Shown here: one piece after another, positions 12,029 to 24,468 of the stretch
Position numbering within the stretch: position 1 is the stretch's first letter
Layout: each line of letters opens with the position of its first letter
Source: Trichoplax adhaerens
Taxonomy: Eukaryota; Animalia; Placozoa
Direction: 5' to 3'
Assembly: GCF_000150275.1 (NCBI RefSeq)
Contig: NW_002060960.1
Location: forward strand, 248,001 to 312,000
Length of the DNA: 64,000 nt
Notes under the pieces: model-generated
Databases searched by the model: none
Told to the model about the DNA's origin: nothing
What the model saw: the letters and a program-made list of their open reading frames with translations, nothing else
Made by a program: the position numbers and the translations under genes

Positions 12029-15002
12029 GGCTGGGTCTAATTAATCCATGGAGAATAGCCGAGAATTTACAAACTATTTGCATTCTTTCGTTTTTATCAA
12101 AAATAATTGGCTAGGTTAAGTGCAAGATTCTATTACTGTTGTAGTAATAATTAGCCCAAAGCTATTAATAACCCTAAGTATCATCATCTAAGATTTTTTT
12201 CTTAAGCATAATCTGCTATTCTATAACATAGAGTGCTTTATTTTTATATTAATTGTCCACTTATAAAATACATCATCACTGCAGTTTGCTAAAATTACTA
12301 CTAGGATAGATTCAATAGATCGGATTTAGGATCAAGATTTGAGAAATACTGTAGTATGATCAATAAAGTTTATAATAAAAAAGTTCGTAGTCTTACAGTT
12401 TAGATATTGCACATCGGAGATAGAGTCAACCATTTTGTTAACTAATTCATTAGGGCTAGATATGTTGAACAGTTGTAAGAATCAAGGTGGATAGATGGAG
12501 TAATATCGAGATTTTAAAAAGTCAATCATTAAAGCAAAAAGTACACAGAAACTGCGCTATTACGGGAATATACCTTTATTCCGGCTCATCAACACTATAT
12601 CGAATCTACTAGCTACAACAAAGCTAGGTAATTCTAACAACTATCAAAATAAGAAAATGATTATGCTAGAATACTTATGCTACAGCATAACGTTGAGTAA
12701 TATTACTACCAAATTAGAATAGAAAAAAATTCCGAAATGGATTAAACAATCATTACTGGTGGTAATGAAAATTCCGTGAGAAATGTGAATTATTCATGAA
12801 GTAAAGGTGGAATTTATGAATGCCTGCTTTATGATTAGCTATGATTAGTAAATAGGTTGTTATATTGAAATAGTGCTAGGTAAAATTGTTACCTTAGCGT
12901 TAGATAAGTTAGTATGAGAAATTCAATGATTGACATTGGAAGTTAACACTAAGCCGAATTTACACAAACAGCATGAAGATGGATACCCTCTGTGTCAGGG
13001 GAAATGGATCTGAAAATCATGTCAACAGCATAGGTATGCAAAATAACATTAGGTGATTTGATTAAGTGAGAGAGAGAAATATTTACTTAGTTCATATAGT
13101 AATTACTGAAGCCAAGAAAGTGATGGATGCACATCAAGCACTTCATATTGCACTGCACTTCCACAATGTCTAGCGAGATCGTAGACGTTCCTTCTTGAAT
13201 ATTTGATTGAATAAAACAGTGATCTATCAGCTGCTTGATTGCTTCTACTTTATTTAGATCTACGTGCAACTCATTGAATGCATATAATCAACATTACTCT
13301 TAGCCAAATCTACTCATTGAAATCAATTTAGGAGTAGCGAAAGATAGTCTAATAGTAGTGGTTATTACAAGTCTATGAATGCCATGGATAGCTTAGAAAC
13401 CCTAAATCATTGTCGATAATTACTTTATTAAGCACAGCCAACGCTAGACAGTATATATTGCTTTATTTTACATTACCTTCATACTTTTAAAATATTAAAC
13501 CACTACTATGAACTAGTGTCTAGGGATTACGGATAGGATTAGGAAGAATAGCCTAATGCGATCATTAATAAAGTGAATCAAATGAAACTGGTAGCAATCA
13601 ATGTCATGAATAAGTTTCGAAAGCCTAAATCATCGCTAACAATTACTTTATTAAGTTCAGCCAGCATTTTACGGTATAATATATATTGCTTTATTTTACA
13701 TTACTAGCATACTTTTTAATCTTAAGCTACTGTAATTCACTAAAATTACTACTATGAAATAGTTTCTAGGGATTACGGTTAGGATCAGGAGCAATAGCAT
13801 AATACGATGAGTAAAGTTAAGAAAAAGAAGCTGAAAGCAAGCAATATCATACGTGGGTTTGGAAACCCTAACTGAGCCATTATCTAAAAATACTTTATAA
13901 ATCACAAAAGTCTATGCTACAGTATATAGGTGTTAATATACTTTAAAAATACATAACCACGGCAATTAGTTGAAATCAATACCATAAAATATGAGCTAGG
14001 GATTAGGATTAGGAGGAATACCGTAAGTACGATCAGTAAAGTTTATCCAAAAAAGAACCCGGTTGTCAATAAATGGTATGAATAGGTTTAAAATCCGAAG
14101 TACAAATATACGCAAGTACAGTAGGTAAGCTATATCTACTTCTGTTTGAATTCTGCTTTTATGACTTACCAGGCAATTTTTTATTCATGACATGTTTCCG
14201 CGTCAAATATCGTCAAATTAGCTATAAAAAAGATCAGCTTTGATATTAAATTATCACCCTGAATACTTATTATATGATTAACTACTTCAAATTTTATTTA
14301 CTTCTGGACACTTTATATCGTTAAAACATTGATAAATATGTTAGTTATCATCCTGTACGCTTTCTACAAGATTAAATATTCCAACTTTGATTTATTTACA
14401 AACAATTGGAGCAAATAGTAGATTTAGGCTACTACACTTCCTCTTTAATAGCCAATACAGCATGAAGGAAAGCTACAAGTAGGATTTTATTCTTCTTACA
14501 TCATCATGTTGTGATTTGGAATCGATTTTTAAAGCACTGTTAGGTACTCCACCGAACTTATAAAAATTATTTTCGGTATAGTTATTGTCGATAAAACAGT
14601 CAAAAATATAAACATCTGTTTAGCTGAAATGTTATTGATCGATAAGAGTTATAAAGCATACGTGCAATACAAAGTTCTATTTATGTGTAAGATTTGTTCG
14701 CTAGATTCGAAGTTAAAAATCATGACAAATCTGCTAACTTAACTACCGTATTACTTTTACGAGTGGATCAATCTCCATCATTAGAGTAAAAGATTTAGTC
14801 GTATGAGTTCTTGGTATATCCATAGCATCGACTGATGAATATGCTAATATATTATATTACAACATATGATATATCTGCAAATGAAATCAGCTCCTTTCTA
14901 AATATCGTTGATAAGGAGAATTGAAACTATCCCGAGCCAAAAGGTCTAGTAGAAAATAATTTTCATTGGCGATACTGTATGGTATATGTAGTGCGATAAA
15001 AT

Positions 15003-15928
15003 TTAAAGGTTACCATGTGTTGATAAAGTGGCAGAATCGGTAGGGTGGATTTGTAATTCTGCTTCGTAAACTAATTGGCTAATTTTAAAGCGTATAATAC
15101 TACGAGTTCTTTGTGGAAAATGGCCAGTGACGGTGGCGATCGATTCGAAAAATTTTAACATTTCTGTTTCTCCTTCGTAGAAGTTAATTTCTTCTGCTTT
15201 TGTATCGTTCACTTCTACAGTATCTGTTTGCACGCCTCGATCATTTGTTTTAACTGCTATTTTTCTCTTTCTAGTACCACATAATGATGGAATTACTTTC
15301 TGAGGTGCTATCTCCATGGTTGGCTCTTCTTTATCGCTCTGATCAGATACTAGTACATCCCATAATGTAGCACTTTCCTCAGTTTGGCCGTCATCCGAAT
15401 TGGAAATTCTACTACTGAAATTATAAATACATTCCTTTCTTTAAATTTAAATTTTAATAATATTAATTACTTGGCCACATTCACTTACTCTCAACTATGA
15501 ATCTGCTTAATTAATTCACAGAATTTGAGTATTACCCTCTTGGTTTTATATGTGATGAAATAAATTGCATTTCCTCGCCATATTTATAAGACATGGATAT
15601 GGGGTTACTTTGATCGGCGCTTGGTTCAGAATTTTTAGGCGAAGTGAGTTTGGCATTTTTACGAAAAGAATCGCGTAGATTTTTCCAATTCTTTCTTGCT
15701 AATTCTCCTGTTAGAAACTAGGGCTTAGATTAAAATGTTTCTTAGAAACTGCATTTACAATCATTAAAATTGCTTACCATGGATACTTAATGCTTCCCCG
15801 ATAAAGCCCCATATTTTATCCTTTTTTTTAACATCAGAAAAACCCTCATGATTGGTATCATATAGAATAGGATGTCTTTCAACTAAATGGATTAGCCTTT
15901 TCTTTTCCTCGTTTGTTAACTTTTGCAT
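15003..15928 (-). CDS. MADF (Myb/SANT-like) domain + BESS-like motif transcription factor, 244 aa
   Basis: Exons 15778-15928, 15536-15707, 15003-15414 (735 nt, phases consistent). MADF signature LIHLVERHPILYDTNHEGFSDVKKKDKIW...ARKNWKNLRDSFRK...YKYGEEMQFI. C-terminal BESS-like FFESIATVTGHFPQRTRSIIRFKISQLVYEAEL. Confidence 0.88.
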
Positions 15929-18900
15929 TATTTAATTCCAATGCAGCTTGCAAACGCACCTTCCGATAAAAATGGTATAGATATGAGAGCATATCAAAAG
16001 ATTCCGATATAATTTAACCGTATTTAAATTTTACAACTAAGCAACTACATACGCTGTGAAACGATTTGTATTACTGTCAAATAGATAAAACCCAGTAGGA
16101 ATAAATTGTGTAATTAATCTAATCCCTGTAAGGTTAACTATGAACACCACCCCTTTGGCCATTTTACCATAACTGCAATCTATTTTGGTTTAGCTTATTA
16201 TTATATTTATAAGTATTGACAATTTACTGTAGAAGGGAAATAGATCGACGCTTGTAGATATAATTAAATTCTATTGAAAGTTATGACTAGTCCGATTACC
16301 AAAGATATTTATATTGCCTTCTAGTCAGTAAAAACGCCATAAAACAAATTGCTTGAACTAATAAATATAATTGCTTGAAATTACTAATGAATATCCACGT
16401 TAGCCAACTTACCGTCGCTGGAATTCTATTAGGATTTCAGTTGAGGACTTTACCAGAGTCAGCGGTTAAGAAATAATAGAGAAATGTTAGAATTGCTTAT
16501 GATACTTTCTATAATTTAATACAACTTCTAGTTTACCCTGCCAATCTACCGTACAATTTCATCCCGGAATACAGATAGCCGACACAGAGATAATTAAGCT
16601 TGTGGGCAAATGTCTATAGCTGAAAGGTCATTACTGATAAAATGGAAAATTGAAAGTTTTTAACTAATGTCAATCTCTTTCAAATGCACCAAACGAAAAT
16701 TGTTTATTACTATTAATCTTATTTTAATTATGGAAATGTTTAAAATTAAAATAATTGCGTATGTAAAGGTACAGATATTAAAACTAGTCCCAAGTACTAG
16801 TACTAGAACCCTTCTGATTTTGAATATTGACATTAAGCATTAATTAGATAAAGAAACGCCGCTAAAATGCCATCCACATTTTTGGATCAAAGCTGTCGCG
16901 GTAGTGAATTAACGGTAAATTATATTTGTATAGTGAGTTAAAATTTTAAATCAATGTAAAAGTAATCATCTAGGGCCTAAGGATAACTGTACTTACAATT
17001 TATAACTCCCATGTGATTCTCAATGTCAATAAATGACAAAGATGAAAGCATGGCTAATGTGTTAGAATAGCAAAACATCACATTTAATGACATTATTTCG
17101 TCTTGATGAGGTGGTTGCTATACAATAATTTCATCCAGCAACAGTAATCATTCTAACTTCCAAATGTCTAAATTATCAATATATTACGATCAGTATCAAG
17201 TTAATTTTATTTCCGGAAAAAGATAACATTGAGATGGCAACTAGCCTAAAATGCAAAATCATCAATAATAATCAGCTCAAATCGGGTTAATATTTATCTA
17301 GTACTCGATAATGAATAATTGGCAAGCTGAAATTTAAAGGGCAACATTGGAGACATCTAATAATCTGAAAAGCTATCTTAATATTGAATAACTACCAAAA
17401 TAACAGCCGGTCCTCTTATACGAGTTTTATTGATTATCTGTACTATAATTTATTTAACCGACTAGATACCATTAGCGTAATTACTTATGTGCCTGAAATA
17501 CAGCTATCGTAGAAATCATATCAGATTATATGATTTCAGCCAGATAATAATTAATCATGGCTTTGCCGTAAATTAGCCGGCACATCGAAACATGTTTTGA
17601 CGTTAATTTTCATGCCAACCAACGCAATCATGATTATTTCACCGGTATGATAATTTATAATTATCTGATAATTGTCATTAACCAGCTGCATATAAAGACA
17701 GTACTCACACGAAATGCTATAATCATAAACATGAGCTGAAAGAGTATTTATTTTAAAGGGATTTAAATTTGTCTTAATTTAAGCGACAAGATGGAAAGAT
17801 GGTGATAGTCGATTAGGATCTCGCTTATGGAGTCGAATATTATCTTGTCATTTAGAACTGCAATCGTAAATAATAGCCAATCGATCATTTTACCGGCAAG
17901 GGATTTAAATGCTTGCAAGATTTATAGAATGCTAAAATCATGACTACAGAGCCAACTTAAATACAATTGCACCACCTACAATGAATTTTAATTATTGCTT
18001 TTCTACAATTTCAGTCAGAAATAGTGGAAAAATGGCAATTAGTCTAACAGGCTTAAAATCATTTTTGTCAAGTTCAATAACGCCATTTTTATCGATTGAT
18101 CATGGATAATTATCCCTAAAATTATTATCTGACAGCAAGATGCGAAGATTGTTCCAGGTTTAAAGTACTAAAATCATGGACCTTGATTTCATCTACTGTT
18201 ATCATTAGAATGTACATTTTACTAATATGGATCAATAGTAATGTCAAGAAATTAAGTAGGAAAAAGCTTATTTGCAAATAAAAGTTGGAGATAAAGTAGC
18301 GCTTAGAAAAATAATTAATACGAGAAATAAATTTCCATGTTATTTCCTGTTTGTCAATTGAAAAATTAGCGTATGTTGGTAGCGGTTAGTTCCTAGAATT
18401 ATTTTCAATCAGCACAACATAAAGATTGTTACAGGTCTAAAGTGCTACAATGATAAGCCTCCATTTCTTCCATCATTGTCACTAGAATAGGTATTGTACT
18501 TACACCTGTCGAAGGTTTGGTTCTAGTTATGTCAAGAAATTGAGTTGAATCAAGCTTATTTGCTAATCAAAATTAAGAATAAAGTAGTGCTTAATAATTC
18601 ATGTATAGAAGCAGAAATAAATTTTCGTGTTATGGTTGCTATTGACTGAAGAATTTGGCGCATACTGTATGTCGGAAGTGGTTTGTAATGCCATATCCAA
18701 GGTAAATACACAAAGAGCGATGCTATTTCCTTAAAACTATTTATAATCGTAAAAATCGTCTGTTGATTTCAGTAGCTGGAAATTTCTTGAATACTTTGAT
18801 ATCCAATGGAGCAATCATCGATTCTATTTAGATCAAACTACGAGTGGTAAGGAATGATAAAAGGTTTTACGCTGGCATAATACATCCAGTGTCAATCAAT

Positions 18901-20816
18901 TCATTTTCATTTGGTTATATAGAAGATTTTCGTCGTTTTCACGTGAAATTTGTAATTTTTTCCAATACAAAAGCTTATGAAATGGCTGTCTACCACTACC
19001 ATTTCCCAAAGTAGACATATCGCAATGCTATTTTTATATCAAATACTTCAGTAAAAGTATAAATGAAATTTATTGCTATCTATACAATCATTCCTATATA
19101 TACAGGTAACTTAGAGATTATTTAGAAGATAAAACTGTGAACTGCTATCGTTAAGGATGATGACAAACCTATTAGAAAAAAATTTTACTTTTTGCTAAAA
19201 TAAACTTGATCATGACATTAATATTTTACTACAGATATTATGTTAAACATGATTCTATCTACATATTTAGAAAAATCTGTTCATATGCTAGTAGGGTATA
19301 ATTGTGTGTAAAAACTTCTATAAGAGTTCACTAACTATAAATTCTACATTCTTGAGCGTGTATAAAACCTTACGGAAGGAGTATTTTTTGTTCCCGTTAA
19401 CCACTGCAGTAATATTTAAAGATATTTGTCACAAATCAGCTATGTGACAAAGATAACTTAAAACAAATCTCTAAATTACTGTAGTCTCCGGGATTGAGAA
19501 TCTCTTTGCTTCTACCTTAATCAACTATAGGATTCTCCTTTATTCCACTATCTGCCGAGCTTAAATAATACTACTTTATAGTCAATTAACATTAGTTTCC
19601 TTATGAGAACTCTTACTACAGTACAGCATAATTTACTGTAACAAAATAATAACTGCCGTAGGTCTTACTGTAAGTCATTATCAGCTATCTACAAAAATAT
19701 ATATGTTAACCATTAATTAGTCATTTATTCATTACGGTGGTTCATACCGTGACGATATTATTAATTGAAACTTAAAATTATTGCAGACTTCTTGTCTTTC
19801 TTAAGCTCATTCCTGCATTTATTATCGCAATGTAAATAAATAAAGTTGAGATCTATATTTAAATTCATAATTCTTCACTCAATATAAGTTTATAGTACGA
19901 CAGAGTTTAAAGGTAGACTTCAATTAAAGTGAACGGTAATGGTGATGCTATATTGATTAGAGTCTTATTTGCATGAAGGATACCATGTTAGCAATATAAT
20001 GATGCGGTAACACTTTTGAATATGCTTGGTGTCATCCTTGAGTTTTAATGATGAGAGACGAATAACATCGCCAGCCCTTTTAAATAAATTTATTTATACA
20101 CTACTTTTACAGCATAGATATGTCTGGATAGTAGATCGAATAGAGAATACAGTCTGGATATGCCAAGATAGTAAATTGAATGCTGAATTGAGAGGAATGA
20201 GTAATAGGCTCACTGGTGATGCTTTCTTTACATGCGATTTTTTATTTCAATAATTACATAATGATAGAATCAGCAATACCGTTTCTCAGTGAGTCAGTAA
20301 ATCAAGTTAATAAAGTACTACACAAACCAATTTCAAGACAGTATAGGGTAAGCTAGAGCGGCAATGGATTGGCTCAGTAGCACTTAATATTTCTTTCTAT
20401 CTCTACCGTAGATTACCGATTAGGCACCGCAGTATTTACAAATAGACATCATCCGTTTCTGAAATTTATGTTTCCACACAAGACATTTGAAAATGGAGGA
20501 TGATGCAATAGAAAAAATAGAAATTTAAATATTCATCACATCTGAACTTTACATTCCCCACGTGGCATTTAAAAATGGACGATGATGTAATGGGGAAAGA
20601 TAGAAACTGAAGTATTCATCACATAGTTCTGAGAATTGTTCCACAAGTAAATACAAAGAAGTTCCATCCCTTCATCATTTCATTCGTTCTAGATAAAACT
20701 TAGAGGGTAAATGGGAGGGTAATGCTGGAAAGGTAAACAATAACAAATTTATATGAATTTCATTAATCAAGCATTTAAAAATAAGATACCCCTATTGTCA
20801 ATCAAGCTTGAGAGCC

Positions 20817-20914
20817 TATAAATTAGATTACAAACAGCGATTGACGTATCATTTACTGCCCACCTGTTATAAAAATCAACCCTATCTCCACTAAAAGCAA
20901 AGACACTCGTAAGT
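20817..20914 (+). promoter_or_regulatory. Putative TATA box and non-coding first exon of IL-1-like gene A
   Basis: TATAAA at 20817 and CTC|GTAAGT donor at 20909. Acceptor TAG|GAAATAATCATG at 21423 lies just before the ATG. The same arrangement occurs in copy B (TATATAA 28526, donor 28607, acceptor 29366). Confidence 0.55.
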
Positions 20915-21432
20915 ATTCATGTTCTATTTTCTTACTCATACCAGCAGCTAGCAGTTTATTTCAATCTGTATGTAGTTCTTCAATTAAGGATGAGTATTGC
21001 GTCATGATTATCGATTTTTACGATCCAATTTTCCCTTAGATTGACTATTTACGCAGACGATTTAATTTTTAAATGACTCTAAACTCAATTTCAGCAATAA
21101 ATAGTGCAAGCTAACAGTTCTAATGACAGTTTCATAGTTTATACTATAGTTTTATTCTCTTTAATTCAGTATGAACTATAACCTTGATATATATTACCGG
21201 GACATATTCTTCAAAATAGGCATCCTACACCATATTACACTATAAAAAAAATGAAGTTATCACTTTGCAATGGCGTCAATTAATTCATATTTTATGATAG
21301 ACTGCTGTAAAGCTTCCCTGAATTGGCTAGATTTGATATGAGATATTAAAACAGGATCGATGTAGTCTTCTGATAATGATTTCGTATTACTATAGTAACT
21401 CTCCATTTTGAAAAAATGTTTAGGAAATAATC

Positions 21433-23074
21433 ATGCCTTATGATACGAATAACGAATTTGCTAACCTCACACGTAAGTTGAATGATGATGAAATCGATTG
21501 CCCTGACAAAATTGGATACTTTAAATTGCGTGCTGGCGATAAAGGATATCTGACCGTTTTACCAGAATATAAAAGTAGTAAAATATTGAAGACCATGTTT
21601 GTTGGAGATCGTCGTATAGGCAAAAGTAAGTGAACATTGTGCAATCGATCGCCTTAGTATTACTTTAATATTCAAACATTATATAGTCTCTGATAACGTC
21701 GTCACGGTTCTTTAAAGAGAGTGAATTAAATGCTATTTTGATCAAAACTAATTTTAAATGGCTGGCGATTAGCGCTAAGCTTTACATCATAGTATAATCG
21801 AACCTATACCAATCAGCAAAGTCGTTGTTAATAGAACTTGCCGATAAGCTTGAATTGGATATAGCATAACTGCTATAAGCTAGTCTTATCGCTATCTAAA
21901 ATTTGAGCTTTATGTTCATATTTTAGAAAACATACACGTACATTAAGCTAGAATCCTTTCGATAATCAGTTTAAAATGAAAACGTCATGTAGTTCTTATT
22001 CATTTGTAGCAAGATGCTATACTTTAATTTTGTTCAATTACAGTAATATAGGCTAGTCGACGATTTACATGGGAAAACACATAGGAAATTTTATTTAAAG
22101 ACTAGGCTAGACTTAATATTAATGTGGATTAGAACTGAAGCTATGCAAACTAGTGTTTTGATATTCAGATTTTTCAAGCTAATATGAATAGCATGTCATT
22201 TATTAAAAGTAATTTCCTTGATTACGATTTTACAAGCTCTATTGATCCAAGTTAATAATTCATTTAACTGTAACTATTTATTTTTCTTGACTTTAGATGA
22301 ATTTATAATTCAGTCTACAGATCTTTCTGAAGCTAAAAAGAAAGACAAAAATATGTGTAATGACTGTGAAAATAAATCTGCAGTAGATTGCTTAGCTTGG
22401 AAATGTCATAAGAAAACGTATTTTCTTGCTGGTAAAAAGGCACCTGCACCGAAAGGAAAATGCTTTCAAATAAAAGATCGAAATTATGTCAATTTGGTAT
22501 TTGTGGTAAGTTTTTATAATACTGTATCGTAGATACTATAGCAAATATAATACCAGTAGGTGCTTTTCACAGTAAGCACTTTACAAAAAAGTTTTCACAA
22601 TTTGTTTTCGCTGTCTAAATATACCTTACGTTCATGTCTTTCCTTTAGGACAAAGATGTATATGATAAAACTACGGAAAAAGAGGAATACTTTGCATTGT
22701 ATAAGATAGACTTGAATTCGAATATCTATATATTTCGTCATGAACCATTCTACCTGAAAGAGGGAGTCAAAAACAAGTTCCTTTATACCATGCAATGCAA
22801 GCAAAAGATTTCAAAATCGAATAGCGATGACGACGATTGTAGTCTTACACGCGTACATACTTATCACACTATTGAAGATGCCGATTGTGGATCTAACCAG
22901 TATTTTCCCAGTGATACTCATTTTGAAAGGATTTGTGTAAGTGATGAAAAGCAAAGCAAGGATTGTAGTTGTCTAGCTTCAAAAAATGATAAAACAACGG
23001 ATATACTTGATTCTCAGACAAATGGCTCACTAGAAGAAGAAAGCAATACATTTAAAGAGGGCCTGTATGATTGA
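21433..23074 (+). CDS. IL-1-family-like beta-trefoil protein A (275 aa, no signal peptide)
   Basis: Exons 21433-21625 (ends phase 1), 22297-22505 (ends phase 0), 22649-23074; 828 nt open. Gene structure is strongly supported by paralog B. Family call rests on manual alignment to human IL-1beta, e.g. LVFV|DKDVYDKTTEKEEYFALYKIDLNSNIYIFRHEPF vs [38 protein letters not shown]. Confidence 0.7.
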
Positions 23075-24219
23075 GTGCTTTAATCTTCTGAACTCCGTTG
23101 GAAAATTTGCTCAACAGCTATGATACTCCGATTCTTTCTCCAAGAAATACTTCATCGTACGGTGTTATGGTATGAAATACTTGTCCATTATTACACTAAC
23201 ACAAACTTACGTTCTAAGCGACTGGTGATCAAAAGATTAACTAAAACCGACTAGTGTACAGAACTCACTAACTCTTGTTATGTAGTCGTAGTAATGATAC
23301 CGCATAATACTAAAATCGTATTAATAAATTATATATATAATTACAACAACGATCAAATTTCAACATCTATAGAAGTTAATTTGATGTAAATGGCTATGTT
23401 AGTGGCTATAATTAACAGAAGATCAATTGAATTGTAAGGATATATTGACGACCGATTGCATCGTTGCAAAAGGAAATATTCTCATAGTTGAGTATCTTCC
23501 GGCATTCAAATCGTATTTTTATATTTTAATGGAATAAGTTGTTCTTATTTACGTCGTGTTAGTTGGATCTCAATTCATGCTAATAAGGTACCGTAATTGA
23601 CATAGAAGGATACTTAGATCTTTAACGAGCTTACGCTAAACCATACAGCCCTTCGTAGAAACTGAACCTGCTTTCAAAAATACAATTCCAGAATAGCAAA
23701 GCGTATATTGATTTCTTTATTACCAAGAACTGACCTACCAATTAGATTATCAATAAATAGTATTAAATTACTTTGATTGCATACTTGCTCATTATTGAGT
23801 AGAGTAAAATGGCATAAGGCGGTGCAATTCTAGTTCTGTTAGCTTATACTGAACATATTATTATTGTAAAATGAATATTCCTATATGGAAGGATAAGTAG
23901 AATAGAGTTATGCGACTGTAATATTGTTGAACAACTTCAATAAAACTTGCTTTATTAACTATGTGTGTTTATCAATCTATGTTAATTGCAACGATTCGAA
24001 GGATTAGGATTTATGATCGAGGGTTCAATAGATTGCTAAAGTTGGGTTTCATAGTCATTTACAGATGAACATCAACACTTTGAATAAGAAGGTACATTCT
24101 TTATTACCAAGTAGAAATGGATTCGTATTAAGAGGATTTCCGTAGAACAAATTCAAGCTATCATTCATGACATAAGATCGTGGGAAGTACTTTGCAGATT
24201 AGTATTGAAGTGATAGATT

Positions 24220-24468
24220 GATTTTTCCTGTTCTTTCTTACTAGTTCCCCTATTAGAAACCGAGGTTTAGATTAGAATGTTCCATGTAAACTACTCTCAT
24301 AACCGTTAAATTGTTTACCATGAATACTTAATGTTTCCTCGAAAAAATCCCATATTTTATCCTTTTTTTAACATCAGAAAAACCCTCATGATTGGTATCG
24401 TAGAGAATAGGATGTATTTTCACTAAATAGATTAATCTTTTCGTTTCCTTGTTCGTTATCTTTTGCAG
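24220..24468 (-). pseudogene. Truncated MADF pseudogene (exon 1 + start of exon 2)
   Basis: Copy of 15680-15928. ATG is changed to CTG (24466-24468), the A8 run is shortened to A7 (exon 150 nt instead of 151, a frameshift), and the rest of the gene is lost at the duplication junction. Confidence 0.85.

Larger units (their letters stand above)
15680..24130. repeat. Segmental tandem duplication, unit 1 (~8.4 kb)
   Basis: Collinear similarity with 24220-31650 throughout: MADF exon 1 and its upstream region, the intergenic blocks (e.g. AATGTGTTAGAATAGCAAAACATCACATT at ~17056 and ~25552), the IL-1-like gene, and the 3' flank GGATTAGGATTT...TTTCATAGTCATTTA. Confidence 0.9.

Noticed and set aside
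12960-13320. Exon-like segments around ORF 13087-13269
   Set aside because: No recognisable domain, multiple stops in alternative frames, and no consistent exon chain; at most a pseudogene remnant.
15003-15928. MADF gene as the Myb-like ORF of a PIF/Harbinger transposon
   Set aside because: No DDE transposase, terminal inverted repeats or TAA/TTA target duplications were seen nearby; the BESS-like tail fits a host transcription factor.
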